A DNA stretch of 64,000 nt from Candidatus Poribacteria bacterium (GCA_965215015.1 OZ244042.1:4096001-4160000); one strand, 5' to 3'; shown: positions 41,079 to 51,414, numbered from the stretch's first letter. Translations and numbers: made by a program. Notes: generated by a model from the sequence alone, not told the origin.

Positions 41079-43904
41079 ATGGGCAACTGGTCAAATCAAC
41101 GAGTTTACAAATCAACGGACCGACTCCTCTGTGCTTCACCTTTCATGTTCTATCTCTCTGCTTTATTGCTTCATATCATACTTATCTGCTCAGTCTTTTT
41201 CCTTAAGTCGGCTTGGAGCCAACCTGACACTCTTCCCATTCTTGAAATTCAGTACAGACTGAATGGCGAAATCCTCGATTCAGATTCACTGCCTGAGGGC
41301 TTGCAACGTAAGACACGACGGGTGAAAATCGGAAATCCTGTTTCGCCTTATCAGGTCCACAAGAGCATTGAGGCGATTTACACGATGGGAATCTTTGCTC
41401 AGGTTAAAGTGATTGAGACTTTTGAAGGAAATGGAGTACGATTGACGTTTGATCTCACCGACAAAGTACGAATTGGGAAGATCGAGTTTACAGGGAACAG
41501 TCTAGACGAAAATCTACTTCTCGGCGTGGTTGTCTCTCGTTCAAAAAAAGAATATTCCGGTGAACTTGCAGAAGAAGATCGGCGCAGAATCCTCGCTTTA
41601 TACAAAGATTACGGATATTTTCAGGCCGGGGTTCGCCTGACCACCTCGGCGGATTCTAGCTCTTCGCATCAAGTTGATCTGCTATACAGCATCAACGAAG
41701 GGGACCGAGTGCTTATTCAGGAAATCCAATTTGAAGGTGTCAAATCGATTGAACTCAAAAAATTGGAACAGACCATTAAAAGCGAGAAAGGCAAAGTCTA
41801 CCAAAAGCAATCGGTTGATGACGATGTTAATCGCATTCGAGAATTATACCGGAGGAACGGGTACCTGACCGTAAGAGTTAAATCTCGTTCGCCTTACGAT
41901 GAGGCGTCCGGAGCCGTCGTCCTTAACTACGAAGTCACCGAAGGAAAAAAAATTAACATCAAATATATTGGTGATAATGTAGATGAAGCGGAACTCAATC
42001 GAACACTGCCCTTATTCAAACGGGATAGCTTTTCGGAAACAATCCTAAAAAGCACAGAGGAACACATTCGTCGAATCTATCAAGAGAAGGGGTATTATGA
42101 ACCGATAGTGAGCCATAAGGTCGAAAAAGTATCGGGGCAAGAAGAAGTTATCTATTTTGATATTCAGTTGGGGCCAGCCGCACGGATTCAGCATATCAGT
42201 TTCGAGGGGAACACGGCATTTTCGGATAGCGTTTTGCTGGATCAGATGAAAACCCAACCGCGCAGTCGATTTGCAATTCCTGGATTGAGGTGGTTGTTTT
42301 CCACAGGCATTTTTAACCCAGCCACACTTGAAATAGACAAGCGAAAGTTGGAACACTTTTATAGAAAAGCAGGGTATCTAGACATTCGGGTTATGTCTGA
42401 TGAACCAGAGATTAATAAAGATAATGGTCTCATTTTACACATAAAAATTTATGAAGGGAAACAACAGCTCATAGATTGGGTTTCAATCGAAGGAGTCACA
42501 ATTTTTGAAACGGCTCAGCTATATGCAGAACTTTTCGCAAAACTTGGAAAACCTTATAGCACAGACATCACAAATCGCGATGAGCGGTATCTCGAATCCC
42601 TTTACCATCAGAAGGGATATATTTATGCGCGCATCAGCCACGATTATTATCCAGAGACGCGCACCCTTACCTATAAAATTTCCGAGGGAATTCAAGCCAA
42701 ATTTGGCAAATTCCGTTTCGATGGAGATGGTCAAATTAAACTGCATGTTTTGCAGCGAGAATTTGAAAATCTCGGCTTAGTTGAAGGGGCGGTATTTAAC
42801 GAAGAACGTTTATTGGCAGAATCCCGACGACGTTTATTGACCACGGGTCTTTTTAAAGAAGTTGAAATTACGGCGCCTGACCGAGATATTGAAAGTACGG
42901 AGACTATTGATGTAGATGTCGGTGTTGCGGTTAAAAAATCGGGAGCAATCAGCGTCAGCGGGGGATATATTTCCTCTGAGGGTATTCGGGGCACATTGGG
43001 ACTCGCCCATAACAACCTATTCAAGCGCAACATGAAAATCAGTGGGAAAATCAGTAGAGGTACAAGAGGCAATTTGTATGAAATAACGCTGATTGAACCG
43101 TGGTTCAAACTGGCACCTCTTGATAAGCTCATTGGACCTACGATAGGAACTTTCCGCCTGTTCAACGATAATCTAGAGGAGTACGAGAATATACGGGCGC
43201 AAGGTGGAACGGCGAACCTTGCCAAACGGCTTGGGCGATTTAGCAATCTTGCAGTACAGTATAAATCTCAAGATTTGCGTGACGGTGATGCCCCGCCTAA
43301 AATCCAGACAACCGTAAGTAGTCTCGGTATCGAGTTCCATCGAGATAGTCGAGATCATTTTCTGAATCCAAAAAATGGTTGGTTCAACGAAGTTGCGATT
43401 GAATATGCAGGTGGATTTCTCAAGGGGAAAACCAGTTTTTTCAAATTTACCACAGACCACCGCTACTATTGGCAGTTTTGGGGAGATGCTGTCCTTGCCA
43501 GCGCAATTCGCGTTGGGTATGAAAAAGGGCTTAGAGGAAACCGGGACCGAGAGATTATCTCCTTTGAACGTTTCTATGCCGGTGGATCAACAACAGTCAG
43601 GGGATACCCGGAGCGGGGCCTTGGACCGGAAGATGAGTTTGGGAATCATCGTGGGGATGTGTTATTTATTTTAAATACAGAATTCCGTTTTCCAATCTAT
43701 GGGTTCATCGGTGGTGCACTATTTTTGGATGCAGGCAACGTCTGGAATAAATTTTCGGATGTTAAGGAAGTCCTCCCGCGAACGGCAATAGGCTTGGGCG
43801 TGCGTATAGATACCCCACTTGGGCCTGCTCGCGTTGACGTTGGGCTACCGTTAATGGAAGAATTTAAGCCCATATTTTACCTACAGTTGGGCCAAGCATT
43901 TTAA
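41079..43904 (+). CDS. bamA: Omp85 family outer-membrane protein (BamA/TamA-like) with multiple POTRA domains
   Basis: Repeated LY..xGY POTRA motifs, ERFYAGGSTTVRGY, FLDAGNVW, TPLGPARVD, terminal LGQAF. Confidence 0.88.
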   Translation: MGNWSNQRVYKSTDRLLCASPFMFYLSALLLHIILICSVFFLKSAWSQPDTLPILEIQYRLNGEILDSDSLPEGLQRKTRRVKIGNPVSPYQVHKSIEAIYTMGIFAQVKVIETFEGNGVRLTFDLTDKVRIGKIEFTGNSLDENLLLGVVVSRSKKEYSGELAEEDRRRILALYKDYGYFQAGVRLTTSADSSSSHQVDLLYSINEGDRVLIQEIQFEGVKSIELKKLEQTIKSEKGKVYQKQSVDDDVNRIRELYRRNGYLTVRVKSRSPYDEASGAVVLNYEVTEGKKINIKYIGDNVDEAELNRTLPLFKRDSFSETILKSTEEHIRRIYQEKGYYEPIVSHKVEKVSGQEEVIYFDIQLGPAARIQHISFEGNTAFSDSVLLDQMKTQPRSRFAIPGLRWLFSTGIFNPATLEIDKRKLEHFYRKAGYLDIRVMSDEPEINKDNGLILHIKIYEGKQQLIDWVSIEGVTIFETAQLYAELFAKLGKPYSTDITNRDERYLESLYHQKGYIYARISHDYYPETRTLTYKISEGIQAKFGKFRFDGDGQIKLHVLQREFENLGLVEGAVFNEERLLAESRRRLLTTGLFKEVEITAPDRDIESTETIDVDVGVAVKKSGAISVSGGYISSEGIRGTLGLAHNNLFKRNMKISGKISRGTRGNLYEITLIEPWFKLAPLDKLIGPTIGTFRLFNDNLEEYENIRAQGGTANLAKRLGRFSNLAVQYKSQDLRDGDAPPKIQTTVSSLGIEFHRDSRDHFLNPKNGWFNEVAIEYAGGFLKGKTSFFKFTTDHRYYWQFWGDAVLASAIRVGYEKGLRGNRDREIISFERFYAGGSTTVRGYPERGLGPEDEFGNHRGDVLFILNTEFRFPIYGFIGGALFLDAGNVWNKFSDVKEVLPRTAIGLGVRIDTPLGPARVDVGLPLMEEFKPIFYLQLGQAF

Positions 43905-44013
43905 TCTAAATCGACAATGAAAAGACATCTTGATGCCCTACCACTTTTGATTTGATTGAGTGCACGCGGTTAACCATTTCAGTCAATATCAATAAACGAT
44001 GAGGAACAATTGG

Positions 44014-44904
44014 ATGAAATTGACAGACGAACAAATTGAGGAATTTAAGAGGAATGGGGTATTAATCGTCAAGGAAGCTCTACATGAATCTGAGTTGGAC
44101 CCTGTGATTGATGAGCTCGCGGATTGGGTGAATAGGCGTGCGTGTGAGCTACACACCATGGGAAAAATTCAGAATCTGTACCCTAATGCCTCCTTCGACA
44201 CGCGCTTCGGGCTCCTTTTTGAGCAGTGCAAAGAGATAGGTGATGGACTTGACATCAGCGCATCTCGCGGTCAAGTGATGTTTGAGTTCTTGCATAACAA
44301 GAATCTGCTCGATACCGTCGAATCGCTCGTTGGTCCAGAAATTACCTGCAACCCCATTCAACATGCACGCACCAAACCACCGACAGCTTACGAAGGACGT
44401 ACTGGCCCATCATTCCATGTCGTCCCTTGGCACCAAGACGCCGGTGTTATGATGCCCGAAGCTGAAGTCTCAAACATCGTAACCTGTTGGCTCCCGTTGG
44501 GAGACGCGACGGTCGAAATGGGATGTATGCAAGCACTCCCCGGCGTTTTTAATCTTGGCTATCTAAGCCATTTCAAAGAGGAGCCAGCGACCATTACGAT
44601 TCGTCCTGAAGTGTTACCATCGGTTGAACCGATGGATCTCGTCTGCTACAAAGGGGATGTGATTCTGTTGAATAAATTCACCCCGCACCGTTCAGTTCCC
44701 AATGTGTCCGACAGGTGTCGTTGGTCTCTAGATCTGCGTTACCAAACCACCGGGCATCACACAGGCAGGACGGCGTACCCAGCGTTTATTGTGCGCTCTC
44801 CAAGCAACCCAGCGAGCGTTCTACGCGATTATGATGAATGGTGTCGACTCTGGATTGATGCCCTTGAGAATCCCAGAGGGGTAACGATGCACCGGACGGA
44901 CTGA
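44014..44904 (+). CDS. PhyH family dioxygenase
   Basis: VPWHQDAG, WLPLGDAT..MGC, TPHRS..N..RWS. Confidence 0.92.
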   Translation: MKLTDEQIEEFKRNGVLIVKEALHESELDPVIDELADWVNRRACELHTMGKIQNLYPNASFDTRFGLLFEQCKEIGDGLDISASRGQVMFEFLHNKNLLDTVESLVGPEITCNPIQHARTKPPTAYEGRTGPSFHVVPWHQDAGVMMPEAEVSNIVTCWLPLGDATVEMGCMQALPGVFNLGYLSHFKEEPATITIRPEVLPSVEPMDLVCYKGDVILLNKFTPHRSVPNVSDRCRWSLDLRYQTTGHHTGRTAYPAFIVRSPSNPASVLRDYDEWCRLWIDALENPRGVTMHRTD

Positions 44905-44970
44905 TTGCGCTGTGGGTTTCATAGGGTGATTTCTAATCGTAATAAGTCGTTGTGGGCTTTTTTTAATACT

Positions 44971-45074
44971 AACCTCTGAGGCGCAGAAGGCACAGAGAAA
45001 ATAAGAAAAACGAAAGGGTTATGTCCAACATTACTTTTCCAATTCTTCTCCGCATTTTCCGCGCCTCTGCGATT
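44971..45074. repeat. Imperfect long inverted repeat (GAGGCGC.GA arms), REP/terminator-like
   Basis: AACCTCTGAGGCGCAGAAGGCACAGAGAA versus reverse complement of TTCTCCGCATTTTCCGCGCCTCTGCGATT. Confidence 0.5.
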
Positions 45075-45139
45075 GATTTTAGCCAGTAACGACTGATCCG
45101 CTTTCTAATTTATGTCATAGTCAAAAACGGAGGGAGTTT

Positions 45140-46027
45140 ATGTTCGGTTTTAGTGGTGCCTGGCCCGCTCTGGTCACACCCTTTACAGTCGAAGATAAAG
45201 TGAATGTAGCGGTGTTAAGGGAGCTCGTGGAGTATCTGATCGATAAACGGGTCGGAGGATTTTACGTCTGTGGCGGTACTGGAGAAGGACTTTTCATGTC
45301 GCCTGAAGAACGCAAACTGGTCACTGAAACTGCGGTCGACCAAGTAGGTGCGCGCGTCCCTGTCATTGCACACATCGGCAGCATGATTGTAAGCGATGCA
45401 ATCCAATTAGCAAAACATGCCCAGGAGGTAGGGGCTGCAGGGATAAGCAGCGTCATCCCACCGATGTTTCAGAACACCGAAAGTTTATATCCATACTTTG
45501 AGCGGGTTGGTGCCGCTGCCCCTGATATACCGTTGCTAACTTACATATTCGGCGGTCCTACGGACGCCGGTGCGCTGATGCGACAGTTAATGGCAATCCC
45601 TACCGTCGCCGGTGCGAAGTACACGGGTCCAAATATGTATGAGTTTAGAGAGATTGTGGAGTTGCGAGGGGATAACTGGAGCATTTTTTCGGGTATGGAT
45701 GAACAGTGTCTTTATGCGGCGATGCAGGGTGCCTGCGGCAACATCGGTTCAACGCTCAATTATATTCCCGGAATCTATCGTGAGATACACAACAGTTACA
45801 AGATGGGAGATATTGCTAAAGGGCAGGAGCTTCAGGTTCGCGCCAACCACGTGACCCGTGTGCTGTTTTCCTTCGGTTTCTTTGGTGCCCTCAAAGAAGT
45901 GATGCGGATGTTGGGTTTCGACTGTGGAAAACCCCGTCTGCCCCACGTTCCTTTCGCTGGGGAGAAACGGGACGCTTTACGAGCGCAGTTAGAAGCCCTT
46001 GATTTCTTCACAGTAGCGACAATGTAA
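45140..46027 (+). CDS. DapA/NanA family aldolase (N-acetylneuraminate lyase-like)
   Basis: ALVTPF, YVCGGTGE, GAKYT, SGMDE, IGSTLN. Confidence 0.88.
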   Translation: MFGFSGAWPALVTPFTVEDKVNVAVLRELVEYLIDKRVGGFYVCGGTGEGLFMSPEERKLVTETAVDQVGARVPVIAHIGSMIVSDAIQLAKHAQEVGAAGISSVIPPMFQNTESLYPYFERVGAAAPDIPLLTYIFGGPTDAGALMRQLMAIPTVAGAKYTGPNMYEFREIVELRGDNWSIFSGMDEQCLYAAMQGACGNIGSTLNYIPGIYREIHNSYKMGDIAKGQELQVRANHVTRVLFSFGFFGALKEVMRMLGFDCGKPRLPHVPFAGEKRDALRAQLEALDFFTVATM

Positions 46028-46048
46028 CATTTACCCCTGCTTTTGGAA

Positions 46049-46867
46049 TCAGCTGATCCAACACTCCGGCGTGTAGGCTTCCCGCAAGAACATTTTTTTT
46101 CGGGTGGGTCCGGCGCGTTCAATCCATTCGGGCGGAATCTCTTGTGTGTAGCGATGCGGTGGTCCGGCCTCCTTGAAGATGTCAATCAGGAAAAGCCGAA
46201 ATGCCTGTGGTGAATCCAGCGGCTTGGGTTCAACACCGTGAAACATCCGAGCGTTGAGGTAAACCAGACTTCCCGGCGGCAGTTCTAGGTGTCTCGCCGC
46301 AAGCTCACGACCAGCAACATCGTCAAATTCTCCCGCTAGCAGCCTTTCCGGTGTAACATCTTCCGTTGGGGGAACCCGATGGCTACCCGGAATCACCGAG
46401 AGGCTCCTATCTCCGCGTGTGAACCCATTAGGATAGTAGAGTATCTGGATGTACCACTTGTCCCTTTCAGCGAGATTGATAGGGTTATCGTGACGCCAAT
46501 GGTGATGGTCTTGATGAAAACCGAGCCGTCCCGCGCCACGAGGAGCGATATTCAGCGCGGAATGGCAGAAATGATAATCGGTACCAATCGTGGCTTGAAG
46601 CAGTGCCGTGACGAGTGGTGCATCGATAAGTCGATCCGCCCACGGCCCCCTGTTATTCCACGGTCTAACGAAGTATGTGGTCGGTTTGTTCTGCTCGTCG
46701 TTTAAAGTACGGAGATATTCGCGCGCCCCCTCCATGTTAAGGACCTCATCGGTCAATCCCGAAAGTGCCTCCTCCGTGAAGACTTCGGGTATGGCGGCAT
46801 AGCCGTCTCTATGAAAATTTTCAATATTTTCTTGCGAAGGGGCGTCAATACGAAATATCGGACTCAT
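46049..46867 (-). CDS. PhyH family dioxygenase
   Basis: FHRDGY, FHQDH, VIPGSH, MFHGV. Confidence 0.9.
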   Translation of the reverse strand: MSPIFRIDAPSQENIENFHRDGYAAIPEVFTEEALSGLTDEVLNMEGAREYLRTLNDEQNKPTTYFVRPWNNRGPWADRLIDAPLVTALLQATIGTDYHFCHSALNIAPRGAGRLGFHQDHHHWRHDNPINLAERDKWYIQILYYPNGFTRGDRSLSVIPGSHRVPPTEDVTPERLLAGEFDDVAGRELAARHLELPPGSLVYLNARMFHGVEPKPLDSPQAFRLFLIDIFKEAGPPHRYTQEIPPEWIERAGPTRKKMFLREAYTPECWIS

Positions 46868-47057
46868 AGTCGATTCTCCAGAATTTCTTATCAAGTGTTT
46901 CCCTCAAGACAAGCTGCTATTTAAGAAATCGTGCAACAGAATTAGGCCTTCCTATCCCAATTGTGCCAATGAACGCCTGAACTAATGAATCAATGAACCA
47001 AATCACGTTTCACAATCTTCGTATCTTGCTCTTTCTTTTTATCTAAATCTCAACTGT

Positions 47058-48092
47058 TTACGTCTCACTAAAAGGCGGGGCAACCGGTGTATGCGTCTGT
47101 GCGGACCGGCGACAGGCTAGACATAACTCGATTACACGCTGGGCATCCTCAATCGTCAAATCCGGATCTGTTTTGTTCAAACAACACTCCACCCAATGGG
47201 TCATTTCGTCGAGCAGATTATTATTTTGAATGCGATAAAAATTGTTGACGCCATCTTTCGTGAAAAGTGTTCCTTCATAAACGCTTTGCTGCGTCCGAAT
47301 CACACCCGTTGTGCCGACCAATTCAACCTCATAGGTAGGAAACCGAAAACCGTCGACGGAAAAATAGATGTCGATTGACCCCATGACCCGATTCTCAAAG
47401 CGCAGGATGATCTTGCCGCTGTCCATAAAAGGCGAGCGGTCTGAAAGGTAATTGTCATATTCGGCGTAAACCCTTGTCACTTCTGAATCGGCAAACCATC
47501 TAACAACGTCGGCGGCATACCAAATCAGAGACAGTTCTGGTCCCCCTTGCGCTTCCTCCCAATACCAATCATCTTTTGGAAAACTGTTAATGTTCCCGTG
47601 TTGGTGTAACGCTCGAATTGAAATTAGTTCGCCAATCACCCCGTTCTTGAAGTGCTGATATGCCTCGCGGATACCTCCGTCGAAACGCTCTGTTGTGCCA
47701 GAGGTCGCAATCACCCCGTGTTCCCGCACCGCTTTTACAATGCGCTCTGCTGCTTCAACGGTTGTCGCCATCGGCTTGGCGATGTAGATATCGACGCCCA
47801 AAGGGGCAAGCTGTTCGACAAGCCGAACAGCTTCGGTATTTTTGGCACAGATACAAACCGCAGCCAAACCCTCCTTTTGAATCATTTCTACTGGGTCATG
47901 ATATAATTGGAGGTCGTACGCTGCGGCATATTCCGTCGGTGTTTTTCCAAGGGAGATAGATATCAGATTTGGGTCGTAATCTAAATCTGCACATGCCACA
48001 AGTTTGGCGTGGGAAATAATGCTCAAACAGTTTGCGAAGGCATTAGGCCAATAAACGCTCTGAAGTCCGACAATGCCAGTTCTAATGCCCAT
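47058..48092 (-). CDS. Gfo/Idh/MocA family oxidoreductase (AKP variant of EKP)
   Basis: Rossmann N-terminus, YIAKPMA, GVIGELISI. Confidence 0.85.
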   Translation of the reverse strand: MGIRTGIVGLQSVYWPNAFANCLSIISHAKLVACADLDYDPNLISISLGKTPTEYAAAYDLQLYHDPVEMIQKEGLAAVCICAKNTEAVRLVEQLAPLGVDIYIAKPMATTVEAAERIVKAVREHGVIATSGTTERFDGGIREAYQHFKNGVIGELISIRALHQHGNINSFPKDDWYWEEAQGGPELSLIWYAADVVRWFADSEVTRVYAEYDNYLSDRSPFMDSGKIILRFENRVMGSIDIYFSVDGFRFPTYEVELVGTTGVIRTQQSVYEGTLFTKDGVNNFYRIQNNNLLDEMTHWVECCLNKTDPDLTIEDAQRVIELCLACRRSAQTHTPVAPPFSET

Positions 48093-48127
48093 CTATTTCT
48101 CCTATTACGTCGCACCCCGCCCATTAA

Positions 48128-48784
48128 TTAGATTAGGCGTAGCCAATCATGCAGCAGAAAATCAACCCGTTGGATAAGGAGAGACACACGACCCATCACC
48201 GTGTTACCGAATGCTGAACCGAACCCAATCATCAGAAAGACGATGCCAATCTTTGAAATCCCACCGACAACGCCCCGATGCTCGACCGAGAAAAAGAAAT
48301 AGGTCAGCGTTGATATGACACCGATAAGCATGAGAATCGCACCGAAGATTTGAAACAAATCTAACTCGCCCGCATGAATTTTTGCAAACGGAGTTAATGT
48401 GCCATGCACCTGTTGAAAGATGTCCGCTCTCATCACATTAGGAATTGCCAAACCAGATCCCACCCCGATGAGGATAGCGATTGGATAGCGAATCAGCCAA
48501 GCGTGTGTTGGGACAAGACGAGCGAAAAATAGCACACCAATACCGATTGGAATGAGCCTCACCAAGCCACTCCACTGTTGCTGCTTGACGGCTTCCGAAA
48601 GTGGGTCCCATGCAAATGGAATCAAGCCTTGGTGGACTGTAAGTACGATACCGTAGCCCACCGAGACGCCCACAAAAAGGTGTTCCGCAAATCGGTAAAA
48701 CGGATTATCTCGATAGAGAAAACTGTAGATGCAGAGTGTAAGTAGTGCAGCCACCCAGATACCAATCTTCATCATGTCCACCAT
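48128..48784 (-). CDS. Uncharacterised multi-pass membrane protein (gene 4 of DUF6754-type operon)
   Basis: About 6 hydrophobic helices; YSFLYRDNPFYRFAEHLFVG and FGSAFGNTVMGR; AGGAGG RBS. Confidence 0.8.
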   Translation of the reverse strand: MVDMMKIGIWVAALLTLCIYSFLYRDNPFYRFAEHLFVGVSVGYGIVLTVHQGLIPFAWDPLSEAVKQQQWSGLVRLIPIGIGVLFFARLVPTHAWLIRYPIAILIGVGSGLAIPNVMRADIFQQVHGTLTPFAKIHAGELDLFQIFGAILMLIGVISTLTYFFFSVEHRGVVGGISKIGIVFLMIGFGSAFGNTVMGRVSLLIQRVDFLLHDWLRLI

Positions 48785-48801
48785 ATATGAAACCTCCTGT
48801 T

Positions 48802-49617
48802 TTATTCAGCTTGACGCCGTTGGATAAAGAAGGCAATATTGCCCAGAATCACAAGCCCAACAACTAGCAGATGCGCGAAGGATTGAATGCTCATGCCTTC
48901 GGTTCCTTTTGCGGGCTTCTCAATCAGCTTTTCATACTCCGCAGCACCTAAGAGTCCAGGCATCAAACCGATTAACTGCTTTGTCTGTAGGTACGGGTAC
49001 ATCTGCGACACAATCACGCCGGTCACCCCTGCGGCAATCTGTTGGTTATACCTTGTGTTCGTGTAAGTAATCCACCATTCGGTTGAACTCCCCGATGCCA
49101 AATCGAGAACCAGATCAATCTGTTCATAATTTTTAATATCTGCCATCATTGGAATTTCAGAGAGCAAGGTTTCGGCATAATCGGCTTCAAAAACGGAATC
49201 GATCGCCGTACCCATTCCGAGAAGCACCTGCGTCGTCCCTGGTCGGTAGCCGAGATAAATATAATCTTCACCGTAAACCGCTTCCGCCTCTGCAGCGGTC
49301 TCTGTCAGCATTTCGTCTCCCAATGTTGCCCCCTCCACTAGAAGCGTCATACCAATCACCCGAATTTTTTTCCGAAAACAGTGGTGTATCACTGCTTTTG
49401 CCATTGGATGGAGTTCTGCTAGCGACGAGGGACCATAGTTAAATCCAATCATGAGGGTTGAGCCGGGGGGCAGGGCTTCGATATAGTCATAGGTACTGCG
49501 TGTTGGTTGAGATATGGTGATAGGGAAACTGACTTTCAGCAGGGAGGGAATAATCACCGCCAACGCCACCAAAATAAAGACAATTCGCCGATCAATGTTC
49601 ATTAGTTTTTCGATCAT
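48802..49617 (-). CDS. Uncharacterised membrane-anchored protein (gene 3 of operon)
   Basis: TM - alpha/beta domain - TM; YGEDYIYLGY, GLLGAAEYE. Confidence 0.8.
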   Translation of the reverse strand: MIEKLMNIDRRIVFILVALAVIIPSLLKVSFPITISQPTRSTYDYIEALPPGSTLMIGFNYGPSSLAELHPMAKAVIHHCFRKKIRVIGMTLLVEGATLGDEMLTETAAEAEAVYGEDYIYLGYRPGTTQVLLGMGTAIDSVFEADYAETLLSEIPMMADIKNYEQIDLVLDLASGSSTEWWITYTNTRYNQQIAAGVTGVIVSQMYPYLQTKQLIGLMPGLLGAAEYEKLIEKPAKGTEGMSIQSFAHLLVVGLVILGNIAFFIQRRQAE

Positions 49618-49620
49618 TTT

Positions 49621-50316
49621 TTAATCTCCTTCTACGCCTCCGAGATATGAACGCTCAATCCCCAAGATAATACGAATTGACTGAGAGATGACACCGAGAC
49701 TGATGCCGAGGATAATTCCCCGTCGTGCGGAGAGATTCGGATTATCTAAAATCCACTGCCGTGCGGAAGAGGGTAAGCTATCTCCTAGTGGTATTACGGT
49801 ATTCCAGACGAGGTCTCCAACGGGTGCATTCCCAATCATGACAATCAGTGCTGCAGCAAGTAGCAGGGTTGCCTCAAGGGTGCGAGCGCGAAAAGCACGG
49901 TAGGCCGCGGATGCGATAAAAAAAGCGAGGAGTGAAAACATGGTGGCGTCCATCGGGACTTGTACGTAGTTAAACAGCCACACAAATGCAGGACTCTTCG
50001 GGCCAAACGATAGCCCCATCTTTGAAAGGAAAGAAATCTTATTAAGAAAAGTAGGGATACCTATCAGCACCATGATAATGATGCCAGCGAACACAACATA
50101 ACTGTATTGCCAATGTTCTGTGCGACGACGGATGCGGACCCAGTGGGTCTGCACTAGGGTTGCGATAGCTAGTACAAGCGCGAACGGACCGATAACCAGT
50201 GCCCAATCAATGACCTCCTTGTAGAGCCCTTGAGACACTGAGTGCGGGCTAAATTCAGTGAGTGCCATCACAATACCAAATGCGAAACAAAGGACTAACG
50301 GAACTTGTCGTCTCAT
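49621..50316 (-). CDS. Uncharacterised multi-pass membrane protein (gene 2 of operon)
   Basis: About 6 helices; TMFSLLAFFIASAAYRAFRAR, IRIILGIERSYL; AGGAGG RBS. Confidence 0.8.
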   Translation of the reverse strand: MRRQVPLVLCFAFGIVMALTEFSPHSVSQGLYKEVIDWALVIGPFALVLAIATLVQTHWVRIRRRTEHWQYSYVVFAGIIIMVLIGIPTFLNKISFLSKMGLSFGPKSPAFVWLFNYVQVPMDATMFSLLAFFIASAAYRAFRARTLEATLLLAAALIVMIGNAPVGDLVWNTVIPLGDSLPSSARQWILDNPNLSARRGIILGISLGVISQSIRIILGIERSYLGGVEGD

Positions 50317-50346
50317 AACACCTCCTGAAGCGTGAAACATAAAAGG

Positions 50347-51243
50347 CTACTTGACTCGCTGGAAAAAGGTCGTCATCCAAGTAATCCCACAGAGCTCAAG
50401 AATGACACCAATTACGATAGCACCAAAAATCATCACCTTGCCGTAATCCTGCCCCTTGAGACTGCCGAGCAACATCGGTTCACGGGACAGATACGCACTG
50501 GCGGCGAATAGCTCTTCACCAATCAGTGTATAGTCACACGCAGCGATGAAGAACGGTAGCTGGTGTTCCTTGTCGGTTCCCGCAATCTGGATTGCCCCGA
50601 TGGAATTGCCGGTTTCCGCCAAAATTAACGATTCGGCGAAAAACGTGCCTTGCAGGAAAACCGCCGCCGGTTTTTCCCGTACCATCATTCCATCAACACC
50701 CGCAGCATAAGCGAACTGACTTTCGGTGAGGAAAAAGATGTTCTCCTCATTATAGGCGTCGGGACGTCCTTCATTGAGGTAAGCGGTTCTCACCATCTCC
50801 CGAACGACGTTCATCACAATGGGATCGTTGCATGGAACCCGTAGCGGTGTTTCGTAGTCTGCGGTCTTTTGGGCGACTTGGCTGAGGATGTTCATACTCG
50901 CGATAGTTGCGACGTTGCTGACCCCTCCCAAGCCAAGGATATACATAATCGAACGTCCCATCTCCGTTGCTCGACCGATTGCTTCGTCCACCGCTTCGAG
51001 TCCGGGAATACGGCGGATAAACAGTTCTTTCCCACTTCGAGCATGATAGATACAATAGACCACTGTGGCGGAGTATAGGATTACAGCAAGAAAAATCCAT
51101 ATTTTGCCGGTGTCAAACCATCGAGTATCTTCGGTTGTAGTTGCCTCTTGTGCAAAGGCATTGAGACAACACCCAAGTGCAAAAACTAGTATAATTAACC
51201 CTTGAACCAGCGGGGACAGACAAAGGATCTTTTGTCCCTTCAT
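50347..51243 (-). CDS. DUF6754-like membrane protein (gene 1 of operon)
   Basis: IRRIPGLEAVDEAIGRATEMG, QFAYAAG, AESLILAE, QLPFFIAACDYTLIGEELFAASAYL; signal peptide plus TMs. Confidence 0.78.
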   Translation of the reverse strand: MKGQKILCLSPLVQGLIILVFALGCCLNAFAQEATTTEDTRWFDTGKIWIFLAVILYSATVVYCIYHARSGKELFIRRIPGLEAVDEAIGRATEMGRSIMYILGLGGVSNVATIASMNILSQVAQKTADYETPLRVPCNDPIVMNVVREMVRTAYLNEGRPDAYNEENIFFLTESQFAYAAGVDGMMVREKPAAVFLQGTFFAESLILAETGNSIGAIQIAGTDKEHQLPFFIAACDYTLIGEELFAASAYLSREPMLLGSLKGQDYGKVMIFGAIVIGVILELCGITWMTTFFQRVK

Positions 51244-51311
51244 TTTGTAACCTCCAGTCTTTTGGTTCGATGCGTCTATTTCCATGGCTGAGACTATTAT
51301 TAATAGCCGCG

Positions 51312-51340
51312 ATTATAGCCTCGTATCGCAAGTCTGTCAA
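51312..51340 (-). promoter_or_regulatory. Consensus sigma70 promoter TTGACA-17-TATAAT for the four-gene membrane operon
   Basis: tgtcaa at 51335-51340 and attata at 51312-51317 on the + strand. Confidence 0.8.
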
Positions 51341-51414
51341 AAGGAAACAGGATGCAGCAACTTTTCTGAATGGATATTGATTCGCTCTTGAGGCTTTGTA
51401 AAAATAAGCGATAA

